Source: Macrostomum lignano (Eukaryota). Taken from it: DNA of 64,000 nt. The translations under genes were made by a program, and so were the position numbers. The stretch covers positions 186,001 to 250,000 of the forward strand of contig NIVC01000571.1 in NCBI GenBank assembly GCA_002269645.1, written 5' to 3'. Shown here piece after piece: positions 63,878 through 64,000 of the stretch. Under the pieces are notes generated by a model, which was not told the origin of the DNA, made no database searches, and saw nothing but the letters and a program-made list of their open reading frames with translations. Positions within the stretch are counted from its first letter, which is position 1, and each line of letters opens with the position of its first letter.

Positions 63878-64000
63878 CTGACGCCTGCTTTCCGCAGGGA
63901 ATACTAACCCTGCCTAACCCTAATCCTCTGATGCCTGCTTTCGGCAAGGAATACTGACCCTGCCTAACCCTAACCCTGACGCCTGCTTTCGGCAAGGAAT
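63878..64000. repeat. Start of a ~50-bp tandem repeat running off the window edge
   Basis: CTGA(C/T)GCCTGCTTTC..CA.GGAATACT.ACCCTGCCTAACCCTAA repeated 2-3 times. Confidence 0.7.

Noticed and set aside
63900-64000. CCCTAACCCTAA as telomeric or interstitial telomere sequence (also TTAGGG in 32356-32812)
   Set aside because: Only one or two hexamers embedded in longer repeat units, not a telomeric tract.

Overview
Eukaryotic (animal) genomic DNA, not prokaryotic: spliced genes with GT-AG introns, high GC at third codon positions, and a distinct minisatellite in almost every intron. This style suggests a free-living flatworm such as Macrostomum (inference, not tested). The first ~13 kb are AT-rich and gene-free, holding nested DNA transposons/MITEs and a Penelope-like fossil. 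Nine protein-coding genes can be reconstructed by hand. On the minus strand at 13.6-15.2 kb is an intronless DEG/ENaC channel. A plus-strand run follows: a bacterial/phage-type RlaP-like (Pol-beta superfamily) nucleotidyltransferase, GET3/ASNA1, MGRN1/RNF157, SDF2/SDF2L1 and a secreted PAN+C-type-lectin-like protein. It converges on a minus-strand run: an atypical Rab-like GTPase, a small secreted WSC protein and an RSKR/SGK494 kinase. Two RTE-type LINE copies (one decayed, one young with TSD) lie near the right end. The most unusual item is the RlaP-like nucleotidyltransferase with intact catalytic motifs and a possible degenerate second domain. All exon coordinates were read by eye and need RNA-seq confirmation. 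Many long ORFs in the supplied track are artefacts of minisatellites or of GC-rich antisense frames.
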